Shown here: piece by piece, positions 10,008 through 18,457 of the stretch
Numbering within the stretch: position 1 is the first letter of the stretch
How the letters are laid out: every line of letters starts with the position of its first letter
Assembly: GCA_963820825.1 (NCBI GenBank)
Contig: CAWGBN010000006.1
Span: 32,001-96,000, forward strand
Origin: Vulcanimicrobiota bacterium
Lineage (GTDB): Bacteria > Vulcanimicrobiota > Vulcanimicrobiia > Vulcanimicrobiales > Vulcanimicrobiaceae
Direction: 5' to 3'
DNA: 64,000 nucleotides
Position numbers and translations under genes: made by a program
The notes under the pieces: model-generated
The model's database searches: none
The model's input: the letters and a program-made list of their open reading frames with translations, nothing else
What the model was told of the DNA's origin: nothing

Positions 10008-11521
10008 TGCGCACTCGAGTGGCGGCCGTCGCCGCGCTCGTTACGCTCACGATTCACCTAGCCGCGAACCCGCATTACGGCTTCTTCCGCGACGAACTCT
10101 ACTTCATCATCTGCGGATTTCACCCGGCGTGGGGATACGTCGATCAACCTCCGGTCGTTCCGTTGCTCGCCGCCGGCTCGCAGGTCTTCGGCCACTCGCT
10201 CTTTGCGCTACGCGCGTTGCCCGCGCTCTTCGCCGCGGCAGGAGCGTACGTCACGTGCCTGCTCGCCTTCGAACTGGGGGGTGGGATATTCGCGGCGGCG
10301 CTCGCGACCCTCGCCTATCTCGCGGCGGGCGTGCTCGAGAGTTTCGGTGCGAAGGTCGGCCCCGACATGGTCGGCCTCTGGCTCTGGCCGCTCGCCGCGC
10401 TCTACCTGCTGCGCATCGTCAAAGGCGCCGACCCGCGCTGGTGGATCGCCGCCGGTGCGGCCGTCGGCGTTGCGCTCGAGAGCAAGTACAGCGTCCTCTT
10501 CTTCGCCGTCGCGCTCGTTCTCGGATTGCTCGCGACGCCGCAGCGCCGCGTGCTCGCTTCGCGCTGGTTCGCAGCCGGAATCGGCATCGCCGCGCTCATC
10601 GCGTTGCCGAACTTTCTCTGGCAGGCGATTCACGGGTTCCCAATGTGGGAGCTGCTGCGCAACGGCGCAAGCGGAAAGAACGTCGTCGCGACTCCGGTGC
10701 TCTTCCTCTTCCAACAGTTGCTGCTGACGAATCTCTTCGCCTCGCCGATCTGGATCCTCGGCTTTGCCTGGCTGCTAGCGAACTCGACCGCGCGTTTTCT
10801 CGGATACGCGTACGTGGTTCTCATAGCGATGATGATCGCGTTGCACGCCAAACACTACTATCCGGCCGACGTCTATCCGATCCTCATGGCGGCGGGCGGG
10901 GTCGCGATCGAAGCCTGGACGAGTCGGTTATTCGTCGTACGCGGTGCGATCGTCGTCGCCACGATCGCGGCGGGCATCTTCTTCGCGCCGTTCTCACTGC
11001 CCGTGCTCTCCGAACCCGCCATGGTGGACTACTCGCGCTTCGTGAGCCGCGCGCTTCACGTCAACCGCTCGGCGATGGCGACCGAGCGCATGCGCACGTC
11101 GGTGCTGCCCGAGGATTGGGCCGATATGCACGGATGGCCGGAGCTGGTCTCCGAAGTCGCGACGATCTACTACTCGCTCCCGGCGGCGCAACGCGACCAG
11201 GCCGCGATCGTTGCCAGCAACTACGGCGAAGCGGCGGCGATTGATTTCTTCGGTCCGCGCTACGGACTGCCGCCGGCACTCTCCGGCCACAACAACTATT
11301 GGCTCTGGGGAACGCACGGATACAGCGGCAACGTCGTCATCGACGTCAACGGCGATTGCGGCCGCCACGACTATCCGAGCCTCTTTCGCAGCGCGCGGCT
11401 CGTTACTCGATTCAACGCGCAATGGGTCATCTCGTACGAGCAAGAGATCCCGATCTCGCTCTGCGTCGGGATTACCAAGCCGCTCGCCGAGCTATGGCCG
11501 AAGCTACGGGTTTACATCTGA
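10007..11521 (+). CDS. GT39/ArnT-like membrane glycosyltransferase
   Basis: YGFFRDELYF...AWGYVDQPP motif, multiple TM helices, NYGEAAAI; start overlaps the aceB stop. Confidence 0.85.
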   Translation: MRTRVAAVAALVTLTIHLAANPHYGFFRDELYFIICGFHPAWGYVDQPPVVPLLAAGSQVFGHSLFALRALPALFAAAGAYVTCLLAFELGGGIFAAALATLAYLAAGVLESFGAKVGPDMVGLWLWPLAALYLLRIVKGADPRWWIAAGAAVGVALESKYSVLFFAVALVLGLLATPQRRVLASRWFAAGIGIAALIALPNFLWQAIHGFPMWELLRNGASGKNVVATPVLFLFQQLLLTNLFASPIWILGFAWLLANSTARFLGYAYVVLIAMMIALHAKHYYPADVYPILMAAGGVAIEAWTSRLFVVRGAIVVATIAAGIFFAPFSLPVLSEPAMVDYSRFVSRALHVNRSAMATERMRTSVLPEDWADMHGWPELVSEVATIYYSLPAAQRDQAAIVASNYGEAAAIDFFGPRYGLPPALSGHNNYWLWGTHGYSGNVVIDVNGDCGRHDYPSLFRSARLVTRFNAQWVISYEQEIPISLCVGITKPLAELWPKLRVYI

Positions 11522-12393
11522 TCGCCGATGCCCAGCGCTTGCAGAAGCTTCGGGTAGACGAGTTCCGTTCGTGCCCATGGCTGCGCGGGATCGACGATGT
11601 CGTGACGGCGCGGGAGACCGGCGAGCTCGACGTACTCGACGCCGCCGGGATTCCAAGCCGACCACAGATCGGAGACGCGCTCGGTCACTCCGTTGTTGAC
11701 GATCGGATCGAGAGGATTGACGACGGTAACGATACGTTGCGCGAGCGGCGCGCGGCGACGCGCTTCGGCATAGACGGCATCCCCGATTCGAAGGCTCTGC
11801 ATCAAGGCGTGCGTAGAGAAGCGCGGATAGGCCGTAACCGGCAGTTCCCTCGCGCGCACGTGCGGATCCCACCACAAGAATCGATTCGGCAGCGCCAGAA
11901 CGACGCGCGCAAATAACCGGCTGACCGCGTAGGGTAGGCGCAGCAGCGCGAAGCTCGGCACGACCGGCACCGCCCGCGCGATCGCCCGGAACTGCGCGAA
12001 GTAGGAGGCGAGAAGGCCGCCCATCGAGACCCCCAAGACGGCGAGGCGTTCGCCGAGGCCCTGCGCGACTTCGACGCTCTCACCGGCGGCGCGCAGAAGC
12101 GTCTCGGCGGTAACCGCCGCAATGCTCGACGTTAGACGGTCGCGGTCGCCGTGGGCCGGAAGGCGCGGCACGAAGACGTTGACCCCGCGCGCGTGCAGCA
12201 GCGGAGCGAACTGCACGAACTGCGCCGGATTGTTCGTGAGGCCGTGAAAGAGCACGACGGCGAGCGGCGTGCGTTTGCCGTGCGTGAGCAGCACCGAGCG
12301 CGCTTGCGGCAGCACGTTCGCGCCATCTCGCCCGAGATATCCGCGCGCCAGCTCCAGCGCATCGGCGTACGACTGCGGCGGTGCGTTAACGAT
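11512..12393 (-). CDS. Alpha/beta hydrolase (carboxylesterase-like), probable ATC start
   Basis: HGLTNNP and nucleophile motif GVSMGG. Frame stays open upstream of GTG 12315 to an ATC at 12393 preceded by GGAGGG. Confidence 0.8.
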   Translation of the reverse strand: MVNAPPQSYADALELARGYLGRDGANVLPQARSVLLTHGKRTPLAVVLFHGLTNNPAQFVQFAPLLHARGVNVFVPRLPAHGDRDRLTSSIAAVTAETLLRAAGESVEVAQGLGERLAVLGVSMGGLLASYFAQFRAIARAVPVVPSFALLRLPYAVSRLFARVVLALPNRFLWWDPHVRARELPVTAYPRFSTHALMQSLRIGDAVYAEARRRAPLAQRIVTVVNPLDPIVNNGVTERVSDLWSAWNPGGVEYVELAGLPRRHDIVDPAQPWARTELVYPKLLQALGIGDQM

Positions 12394-12991
12394 CCGCCCT
12401 CCGCCATGCGCAACTCAGGAGATGGTCGTTGACCAACCCGGCGGCCTGCATGAATGCATAACAGATCGTCGGACCGACGAAGCGGAAGCCTCTTTCGTAC
12501 AGGTCGCGGCTCATCGCCTCGGACTCTTTGGTCGACGCGGGAATCTCGCCCGGGCGGCGGCGCCGGTTCACGATCGGCTCGCCGCCGACGAATCGCCACA
12601 GGTACCCGTCGAAGCTCGCGAACTCGTCGCGGACCCGCAGTAAAGCCCGCGCGTTGCCGATCGCCGATTCGATCTTGGCGCGATTGCGGATGATGCCCGG
12701 ATCTCGCGCCAGCCGCTCGACGGTCGCCGGCCGCATACGCGCGACGACGTGCGGGTCGAAGCCGCGAAAGACGTCGCGGTAGCGCGCACGTTTCCGAAGA
12801 ACCGTCTCCCAGCTCAACCCGGCTTGCGCTCCTTCGAGCACCAGGAGCTCGAAAAGGGAGGTATCGTCGTGGAGCGGCACGCCCCATTCCGCGTCGTGGT
12901 ACTCGATCAAGATCGGCGTACTCGCCCAGGAGCAGCGGAGCGCAACCGCACGATCGCCGTTGCCGCCGAGCTCGCGACGCTTATCGTCCAT
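12386..12991 (-). CDS. tag: DNA-3-methyladenine glycosylase I
   Basis: RCSWA, YHDAEWG, LEGAQAGLSW, IIRNRAKI, FVGPTICYAFMQAAGLVNDH; GGAG RBS before ATG 12991. Confidence 0.95.
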   Translation of the reverse strand: MDDKRRELGGNGDRAVALRCSWASTPILIEYHDAEWGVPLHDDTSLFELLVLEGAQAGLSWETVLRKRARYRDVFRGFDPHVVARMRPATVERLARDPGIIRNRAKIESAIGNARALLRVRDEFASFDGYLWRFVGGEPIVNRRRRPGEIPASTKESEAMSRDLYERGFRFVGPTICYAFMQAAGLVNDHLLSCAWRRADR

Positions 12992-13123
12992 CTCGTCTCC
13001 AATTCGCATTACCGCTTCTTTCGTGACGAACTCTTGGCGGCCGGCTCGCAACTCTTCGGCCAACGGAATTACAACGCCGCTCGCGCCGGTTTGGCCGAAG
13101 CTGCGCAGCTACGACTAGCGCAG

Positions 13124-13996
13124 CTAGGCGGTCTGCAGCGGGGCGACTTCCGGATCGATAGCGCCGAGCAGATGCGGGTGCGCGCGATCGGCGAGACGCC
13201 AGCGGCGCAACGGCGAGACGATGTCGTGCGAGAGCGGCAACCCGGTGATCACCGCAAGCTCGACCGATTCGGGATGCAGCCGGTGCCAATGCTCGTAGAG
13301 CCGGCGAATCGCATAGTTGTTGACGGCGATCTCGGTCGCGTTGGCGACGATCGTGACGTGGCTCGCAGCCGGCCGGCTCGACTCTGCTTCGTCGAGCAGT
13401 GCGCGCGCGATGCGATACGAATGCGCGATCGCGTGCGTGGCGTAGCGCGGATATCCGTTGGTCGCGAGGAACTGGCGCTCGCGGAGAATCGGATTCCACC
13501 AGTGAAACCGGTTGGGCATACGCAAGAGCCGGTCGGTGACCGGGCCCATCAAACGGTTCGGTATCCAAGAGATTCCGAAGAAGGGCGCAATCGGAACGGC
13601 ACGGTCAACCGCATAATGCTGTGCGGCCCAGGCTGTCAAGAGTCCCCCGAGCGAGAAGCCTGCAACCGTCACGCGCTCGCCGAGCTCACGCGCAACTTCG
13701 ACGTACTCGCCGACCGCTTCGTAGAGATCCTCGGGACGCAGCCGCTCCAGCGCGTTCGAGAGCGGGTCGGCGTGGCCGTGTCGCGGAAGCCGCGGCGCGA
13801 GGACGTTGTAACCGCGTTCGTAGAGATCTCGCGCGACGCGTTGGAACTGCGTCGGGCTCGCGCTCATCCCGTGAATCAACACGGCAGCGCGTTCCCGCCG
13901 CTGCCCGTGCACGTAGGCGATCGTGCGTCCCGCGGGGGCGACGCCAGTATGGTCGCGAGCGATAAGCCGCTCGAGACGGCCGAAAAAGGTACCCAA
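13124..13996 (-). CDS. Alpha/beta hydrolase, paralog of 11512-12393
   Basis: IHGMSASP, PRLPRHG, GFSLGG, HDIV. Start inferred as TTG after AAGGA; the ORF-track extension beyond this is antisense to rocD. Confidence 0.8.
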   Translation of the reverse strand: MGTFFGRLERLIARDHTGVAPAGRTIAYVHGQRRERAAVLIHGMSASPTQFQRVARDLYERGYNVLAPRLPRHGHADPLSNALERLRPEDLYEAVGEYVEVARELGERVTVAGFSLGGLLTAWAAQHYAVDRAVPIAPFFGISWIPNRLMGPVTDRLLRMPNRFHWWNPILRERQFLATNGYPRYATHAIAHSYRIARALLDEAESSRPAASHVTIVANATEIAVNNYAIRRLYEHWHRLHPESVELAVITGLPLSHDIVSPLRRWRLADRAHPHLLGAIDPEVAPLQTA

Positions 13997-14020
13997 GGAA
14001 AAGTCCTTAAAAGCGACGGC

Positions 14021-15241
14021 GTGTATCTCCTCTCGGACCGGGCCCGCGACCTCATCGCGCAAGAAGAGCGGTACGGTGCGCGTAACTATGCGCCGCTCGA
14101 CCTCGTCGTCGAGCGCGCCAAGGGCGTCTGGCTCTGGGACGTCTCGGGCAAGCGCTACCTCGACTGTATCAGCGCCTACTCCGCGGTCAACGTCGGCCAC
14201 TGCCACCCGCGCGTCTACGCCGCGCTGGTCGAGCAGGGTGAGCGCGTTACGTTGACCTCTCGCGCGCTGCGCAACGACCGGATGCCGGGCTTTCTCGAAA
14301 AGCTCACACGGATCTGCGGTTACGAGAAGGCGGTTCCGATGAACACCGGCGTCGAGGCGGTCGAGAGTGCGATCAAGCTCGCGCGCCGCTGGGGTTACGC
14401 GGTCAAGGGCATCCCCGAAGATACCGCCGAGATCGTCGTCTTCGAGAACAACTTTCACGGACGCACGATGTCGGCGATAAGCGCGAGCACCACGCCCGAG
14501 TATCGCGCCGGTTTCGGACCATTCCTACCCGGCTTCGTCGCCGTTCCGTTCGGCGATGCAGTTGCGCTCGAGCGAGCGATCACGCCGAAGACCTGCGCGG
14601 TGCTCCTCGAGCCGATTCAAGGCGAAGGCGGCGTGAACGTGCCGCCGGATGGTTATCTCGCGCGCGTGCGGCGGCTCTGCGACGAGCGCAACGTGCTCAT
14701 GGTCGCCGACGAAGTGCAGACCGGCTTCGGCCGTACCGGCGACATGTTCGCCTGCGACCACGAGCGCGTCAAACCCGACGTACTGATCGTCGGAAAGGCA
14801 CTCGGCGGCGGTTACTATCCCGTGTCGGCGGCGCTGGCCGACGACGAGATCATGCGCCTCTTCGGTCCGGGCGCCCACGGGAGCACCTTCGGCGGGAATC
14901 CGCTCGCTTCGGCGGTCGCCGAGGCGGCGCTCGAAGTCATCGTCTCCGAGGACCTCGCCGCACGCGCACGACGTGCCGGCGCCGCGATCGTGCAAGGGAT
15001 TCGGTCGATCGGATCCGCCTCGATCAAAGAGGTCCGCGGGCGCGGTCTGCTGATCGGCATCGAGCTGAAATATCCGGCCCACGACCTAGCCGAGGCGCTG
15101 CTCGAGCGCGGCGTGGCGGCGAAGGATACGCGACCGGAGGTTCTGCGCATTGCGCCACCGCTCGTCATCGACGACGATGCCGTCGCTTACTTGCTAGAGC
15201 GCTTCGAGGAGGCCATCGCGGCCACCGACGCGCGCTCTTGA
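14021..15241 (+). CDS. rocD: Ornithine--oxo-acid aminotransferase
   Basis: YGARNYAPL, SAYSAVNVGHCHP, MNTGVEAVE, EPIQGEGG, DEVQTGFGRTG, GKALGGG, HGSTFGGNPL. Start approximate. Confidence 0.92.
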   Translation: MYLLSDRARDLIAQEERYGARNYAPLDLVVERAKGVWLWDVSGKRYLDCISAYSAVNVGHCHPRVYAALVEQGERVTLTSRALRNDRMPGFLEKLTRICGYEKAVPMNTGVEAVESAIKLARRWGYAVKGIPEDTAEIVVFENNFHGRTMSAISASTTPEYRAGFGPFLPGFVAVPFGDAVALERAITPKTCAVLLEPIQGEGGVNVPPDGYLARVRRLCDERNVLMVADEVQTGFGRTGDMFACDHERVKPDVLIVGKALGGGYYPVSAALADDEIMRLFGPGAHGSTFGGNPLASAVAEAALEVIVSEDLAARARRAGAAIVQGIRSIGSASIKEVRGRGLLIGIELKYPAHDLAEALLERGVAAKDTRPEVLRIAPPLVIDDDAVAYLLERFEEAIAATDARS

Positions 15242-15390
15242 CACTCCCCCGCCCCGGCGTGATAACGTTGGTGAGCCGAAGCAGCGGCTCGCGCCGCTCA
15301 CCGGATGCCTACGGGCGATCCGGTCTTCACTTAACGGGACTCTCGGCGGGTTCCAGGGGTGGGGCGCTCCGGCAGCGCCTTTTTTGATTT
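15238..15390 (+). promoter_or_regulatory. Promoter and putative L20-type leader of the infC-rpmI-rplT operon
   Basis: TTGACA at 15238 with a -10-like GATAAC/TAACGT; structured leader (ACCGGAT...ATCCGGT hairpin) ending in a terminator. Confidence 0.6.
15363..15385 (+). terminator. Intrinsic terminator/attenuator upstream of infC
   Basis: GGCGCT-ccggc-AGCGCC followed by TTTTTT. Confidence 0.75.
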
Positions 15391-15402
15391 GGAGGTCAGC
15401 CC

Positions 15403-16044
15403 ATAGCAAAATCTCTGCGCGTCAACGATCAGATTCGCATCCGAACGGTGCGAGTCATCGACGAAAACGGGCATCAACTCGGGATTCTGCAAACCGAAGA
15501 CGCGCTGATGCGCGCGCGAACCGCGGGGCTCGATTTGGTCGAAGTTTCGCCCAACGCTCAGCCGCCGGTCTGCAAGATCGCGGATTACGGACGGCTGAAA
15601 TACGAACAGTCGAAGAAAGATAAGGACGCTCGCAAGAAGCAGCGCCACTTCGAACTCAAGGAAGTCAAGCTGCGCCCAAAAATCGAGACGCACGACTACG
15701 AGACGAAGGCGCGAATGGCCGAACGGCTTCTGCTCGACGGAAGCAAGATCAAGGTCACGATCATGTTCCGCGGCCGCGAGATCACCTACACGTCCTTCGG
15801 CCGCAAGCTGCTCGACCGCATGGCGGAGGATATGGCGCCGCTGGCGATGGTGGAACGCGAAGCGCGGCTCGAGGGAAAGAACATGTTCATGATTTTGGCG
15901 CCGCGAGCGGTGCCGGCGGGGCCACCGAAGTTTACCGTACCAACGAAGGAGCGAACCAGTGCCGAAGATTCGAACGCATCGAGGGACAGCGAAGCGAGTG
16001 AAGGTCACCGCGACGGGCAAAGTGATGCATCGCCATCAGTTTGA
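15403..16044 (+). CDS. infC: Translation initiation factor IF-3 (ATA start)
   Basis: GGAGG RBS then ATA GCA AAA TCT CTG CGC GTC AAC GAT CAG ATT; LDLVEVSP...PPVCKI, KVTIMFRGRE. Confidence 0.97.
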   Translation: MAKSLRVNDQIRIRTVRVIDENGHQLGILQTEDALMRARTAGLDLVEVSPNAQPPVCKIADYGRLKYEQSKKDKDARKKQRHFELKEVKLRPKIETHDYETKARMAERLLLDGSKIKVTIMFRGREITYTSFGRKLLDRMAEDMAPLAMVEREARLEGKNMFMILAPRAVPAGPPKFTVPTKERTSAEDSNASRDSEASEGHRDGQSDASPSV

Positions 16045-16165
16045 CGGATGCGGCCACATCCTGAGCAAGAAGTCGCGCAAACGCAAGCGCAACTTCCGCA
16101 AGGATCAGCCGACGTTTAAAGGCGACCTGAAGCGTCTCGCACCGACGATTCCCTACCTGGTGTAA
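15959..16165 (+). CDS. rpmI: 50S ribosomal protein L35
   Basis: MPKIRTHRGTAKR...HILSKKSRKRKR; AAGGAG RBS; position in operon. Confidence 0.96.
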   Translation: MPKIRTHRGTAKRVKVTATGKVMHRHQFDGCGHILSKKSRKRKRNFRKDQPTFKGDLKRLAPTIPYLV

Positions 16166-16179
16166 GGGAGGCGTAAGCA

Positions 16180-16539
16180 ATGGCACGGATCAAACGAGGC
16201 GTCCACGGTCTCAAGCACCGGCGCAAGGTAATGAAGCTCGTCAAGGGCTTCCGCGCGGCGCGTCGCCGCAACTACCGGGTTGCAAACGAAGCGCTCCTCA
16301 AGTCGCTGGCCTACGCGTTCCGCGACCGGCGCGTCCGCAAACGCGACTTCCGCTCGCTCTGGATCAGCCGGATCAACGCCGCGGTACGCCGCGAGGGTCT
16401 CTCCTACTCGGTCTTCATGCACGGCCTCAAGAAATCGGGCGTGACGCTCAACCGTAAGGCCCTCGCCGATCTGGCGATCTCCGATCAAAAGGCCTTCGGC
16501 GCGCTCTTAAGTCTAGCCAAGCAAGCGTCCCAGAAGTAG
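16180..16539 (+). CDS. rplT: 50S ribosomal protein L20
   Basis: MARIKRG...YAFRDRRVRKRDFRSLWISRINAA. Confidence 0.98.
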   Translation: MARIKRGVHGLKHRRKVMKLVKGFRAARRRNYRVANEALLKSLAYAFRDRRVRKRDFRSLWISRINAAVRREGLSYSVFMHGLKKSGVTLNRKALADLAISDQKAFGALLSLAKQASQK

Positions 16540-16681
16540 CCGTCTACGGCAGACGCTCTCGAACAATTCGTCCCCGATCGGTGATGAAGGCAGTAGCTTA
16601 GTGAGCTTTCCAGGCCCGATCCTCGAACAAAATTCGGCAAAAGGCGTAGCTGCGACAAACACCTAGCGGCCGGAGCCGGAT

Positions 16682-16701
16682 AATGGTATATAATTACCAT
16701 T
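16682..16701 (+). promoter_or_regulatory. TATAAT -10 box flanked by a perfect 7-bp inverted repeat
   Basis: AATGGTA-TATAAT-TACCATT, 3 nt before the ATG at 16705. Confidence 0.6.
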
Positions 16702-16704
16702 GTC

Positions 16705-18120
16705 ATGAGACGTTTGGGCGCCGTCCTTCGGACGGCTCTTATCGTCGGTATCGTGGCACAGGCGCAACCTTTGGCGGCCCCCGGCCAGACGATGCCTGCG
16801 TTGCCCCCGGCGGTTTCTAATCGCGTCGACCATATCGCCCTCGACGAGCTTCATGCCGGGCGAACTCCCGGCATTGCCATCGGGATCGTCCAGGACGGTC
16901 GCTTGGTCTATGCACGAGGCTTTGGATTCGCGAGCCTCTCGCCGCACCAACCGATGACCCCCGATACGGAATTCTACGCCGGCGGCCTCACCATGCAGTT
17001 CACCGCCGCGGCGATTCTGCTGCTCGAGCAAGACGGCAAACTCAAACTCGACGACCCGGTCTCGAAGTACGTTCCGGAGCTCAAGGTTGCCGCCAACGTG
17101 ACCATCGCGCAGCTTCTGACCCAGACCTCGGGCCTGCCGAACTATACCGGGGCACCCGGCCTACCCGCCGACGTTACGCAATCGGTCAAGCTCGCCGATC
17201 TCTTCGCCGTCGTCGACAAGATGAAGCCGGTCGCCGATCCGGGGGCGGTCTACGCGAGCAATCCGCTCAACTATCTCCTTGCCGGGCTTATCGTGCAACG
17301 TGCGAGCGGCGTCACGCTCTCGGATTTCCTCGAGCAACGAATCTTCATTCCGCTCGTCATGAATCACACGTTCCTTGCCGGCGACAACGGCATCTCGCCG
17401 AGTCATGCGACGGGCTACACCCGCACACCGGGCGGCTTCGTCAGCGCGCAGATGTGGGACCCGGCGTGGCTCGGGGGCAACGCGGGTTTGGTGACGACGA
17501 TCGACGATCTCGCAAAGTGGGATATCGAGATGCCCGTATTGCTGCGCGTCGACGCGGTCCGGACGATGTACACGCCGGCCGGTAGCAGCGCGGGTCCGAC
17601 GCATTACGGCATGGGATGGGTTATCGACAGCCGCGGCGGTAAGGAGTTCGTTTGGTCGAACGGCCAAATCTCCGGCTATCGCGCGGTGAACGAGCAGCTT
17701 CCGGGCGAGCACATCGGCGTCATCGTCTTTTCAAACTCGGATTCGCTTCACGGAAGCGTCACGGTTCCCGAAGCGGTCGGCGCGCGCGTGCTGGACGCGC
17801 TCAAGCCGCCTTCCTATACAAGGCTGGACAATGCGGTCGTCACCCGCGCGAAGGAATGGTTGAACCGGCTCGCTTCGAAGCAGCTCGATCGCTCGGAGCT
17901 CACCCCGACCTTCAGTGCCTACCTTACCGACGATCTCGTTGCGCGCGAGAACTTTGCGGCGCTGGGACGATTACAGACGATGGTGCCGATCTCGAGCACG
18001 ACCGAATCGAACGGCGATACGCTCTACGAGTTCTTGGTGCGATTCCCGCGCGCGCAGTATCACTACGACTTCGAAGTCGCGCCCAACGGAAAGATCGACG
18101 GAATCGCGCTGGTCTCTTAG
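16705..18120 (+). CDS. Secreted serine hydrolase-fold protein (beta-lactamase class C / D-Ala-D-Ala peptidase family)
   Basis: Signal peptide; PGIAIGIV, GKLKLDDPVSKYVPE, TIAQLLTQTSGL. The SxxK position reads GGLTMQ. Confidence 0.85.
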   Translation: MRRLGAVLRTALIVGIVAQAQPLAAPGQTMPALPPAVSNRVDHIALDELHAGRTPGIAIGIVQDGRLVYARGFGFASLSPHQPMTPDTEFYAGGLTMQFTAAAILLLEQDGKLKLDDPVSKYVPELKVAANVTIAQLLTQTSGLPNYTGAPGLPADVTQSVKLADLFAVVDKMKPVADPGAVYASNPLNYLLAGLIVQRASGVTLSDFLEQRIFIPLVMNHTFLAGDNGISPSHATGYTRTPGGFVSAQMWDPAWLGGNAGLVTTIDDLAKWDIEMPVLLRVDAVRTMYTPAGSSAGPTHYGMGWVIDSRGGKEFVWSNGQISGYRAVNEQLPGEHIGVIVFSNSDSLHGSVTVPEAVGARVLDALKPPSYTRLDNAVVTRAKEWLNRLASKQLDRSELTPTFSAYLTDDLVARENFAALGRLQTMVPISSTTESNGDTLYEFLVRFPRAQYHYDFEVAPNGKIDGIALVS

Positions 18121-18392
18121 TCGTCGCCGTCGGCGAGGCGACGGCCCGTCGCTTCGACGACTTTCCCCAACATCGTTACTGCCTCGGCCCGGGTTGCGTT
18201 ACTGAACATGTAGCGCAAATGTTCGTCGGCATCTTCCACGATCAAGACGGCGCGGCGTCCTCCCCGAACCGAAGCGATGAGCGTATTCAGGTAGGTTTCG
18301 TCTTCGGGCGCGAGCACCGAATGTTCTCCGCCGTCGCGGCTGCGCTCCAGCATTCGTTTCAGCACGGCATCAATGTCGCTCGGTATTTCCAC
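18117..18392 (-). CDS. Hypothetical protein (91 aa)
   Basis: GGAGG RBS before GTG 18392; fills the gap between neighbouring genes. Confidence 0.6.
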   Translation of the reverse strand: MEIPSDIDAVLKRMLERSRDGGEHSVLAPEDETYLNTLIASVRGGRRAVLIVEDADEHLRYMFSNATRAEAVTMLGKVVEATGRRLADGDD

Positions 18393-18457
18393 CTTAACCT
18401 CCAAGACCACTGTCCGCCACGTCGGTAGCAACGGCGATGGCGAGTTACCTACAGTAA

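Noticed and set aside
12749..14020. Long N-terminal extension on rocD (830-aa ORF)
   Set aside because: It is the antisense shadow of tag and the hydrolase; homology starts near 14021.
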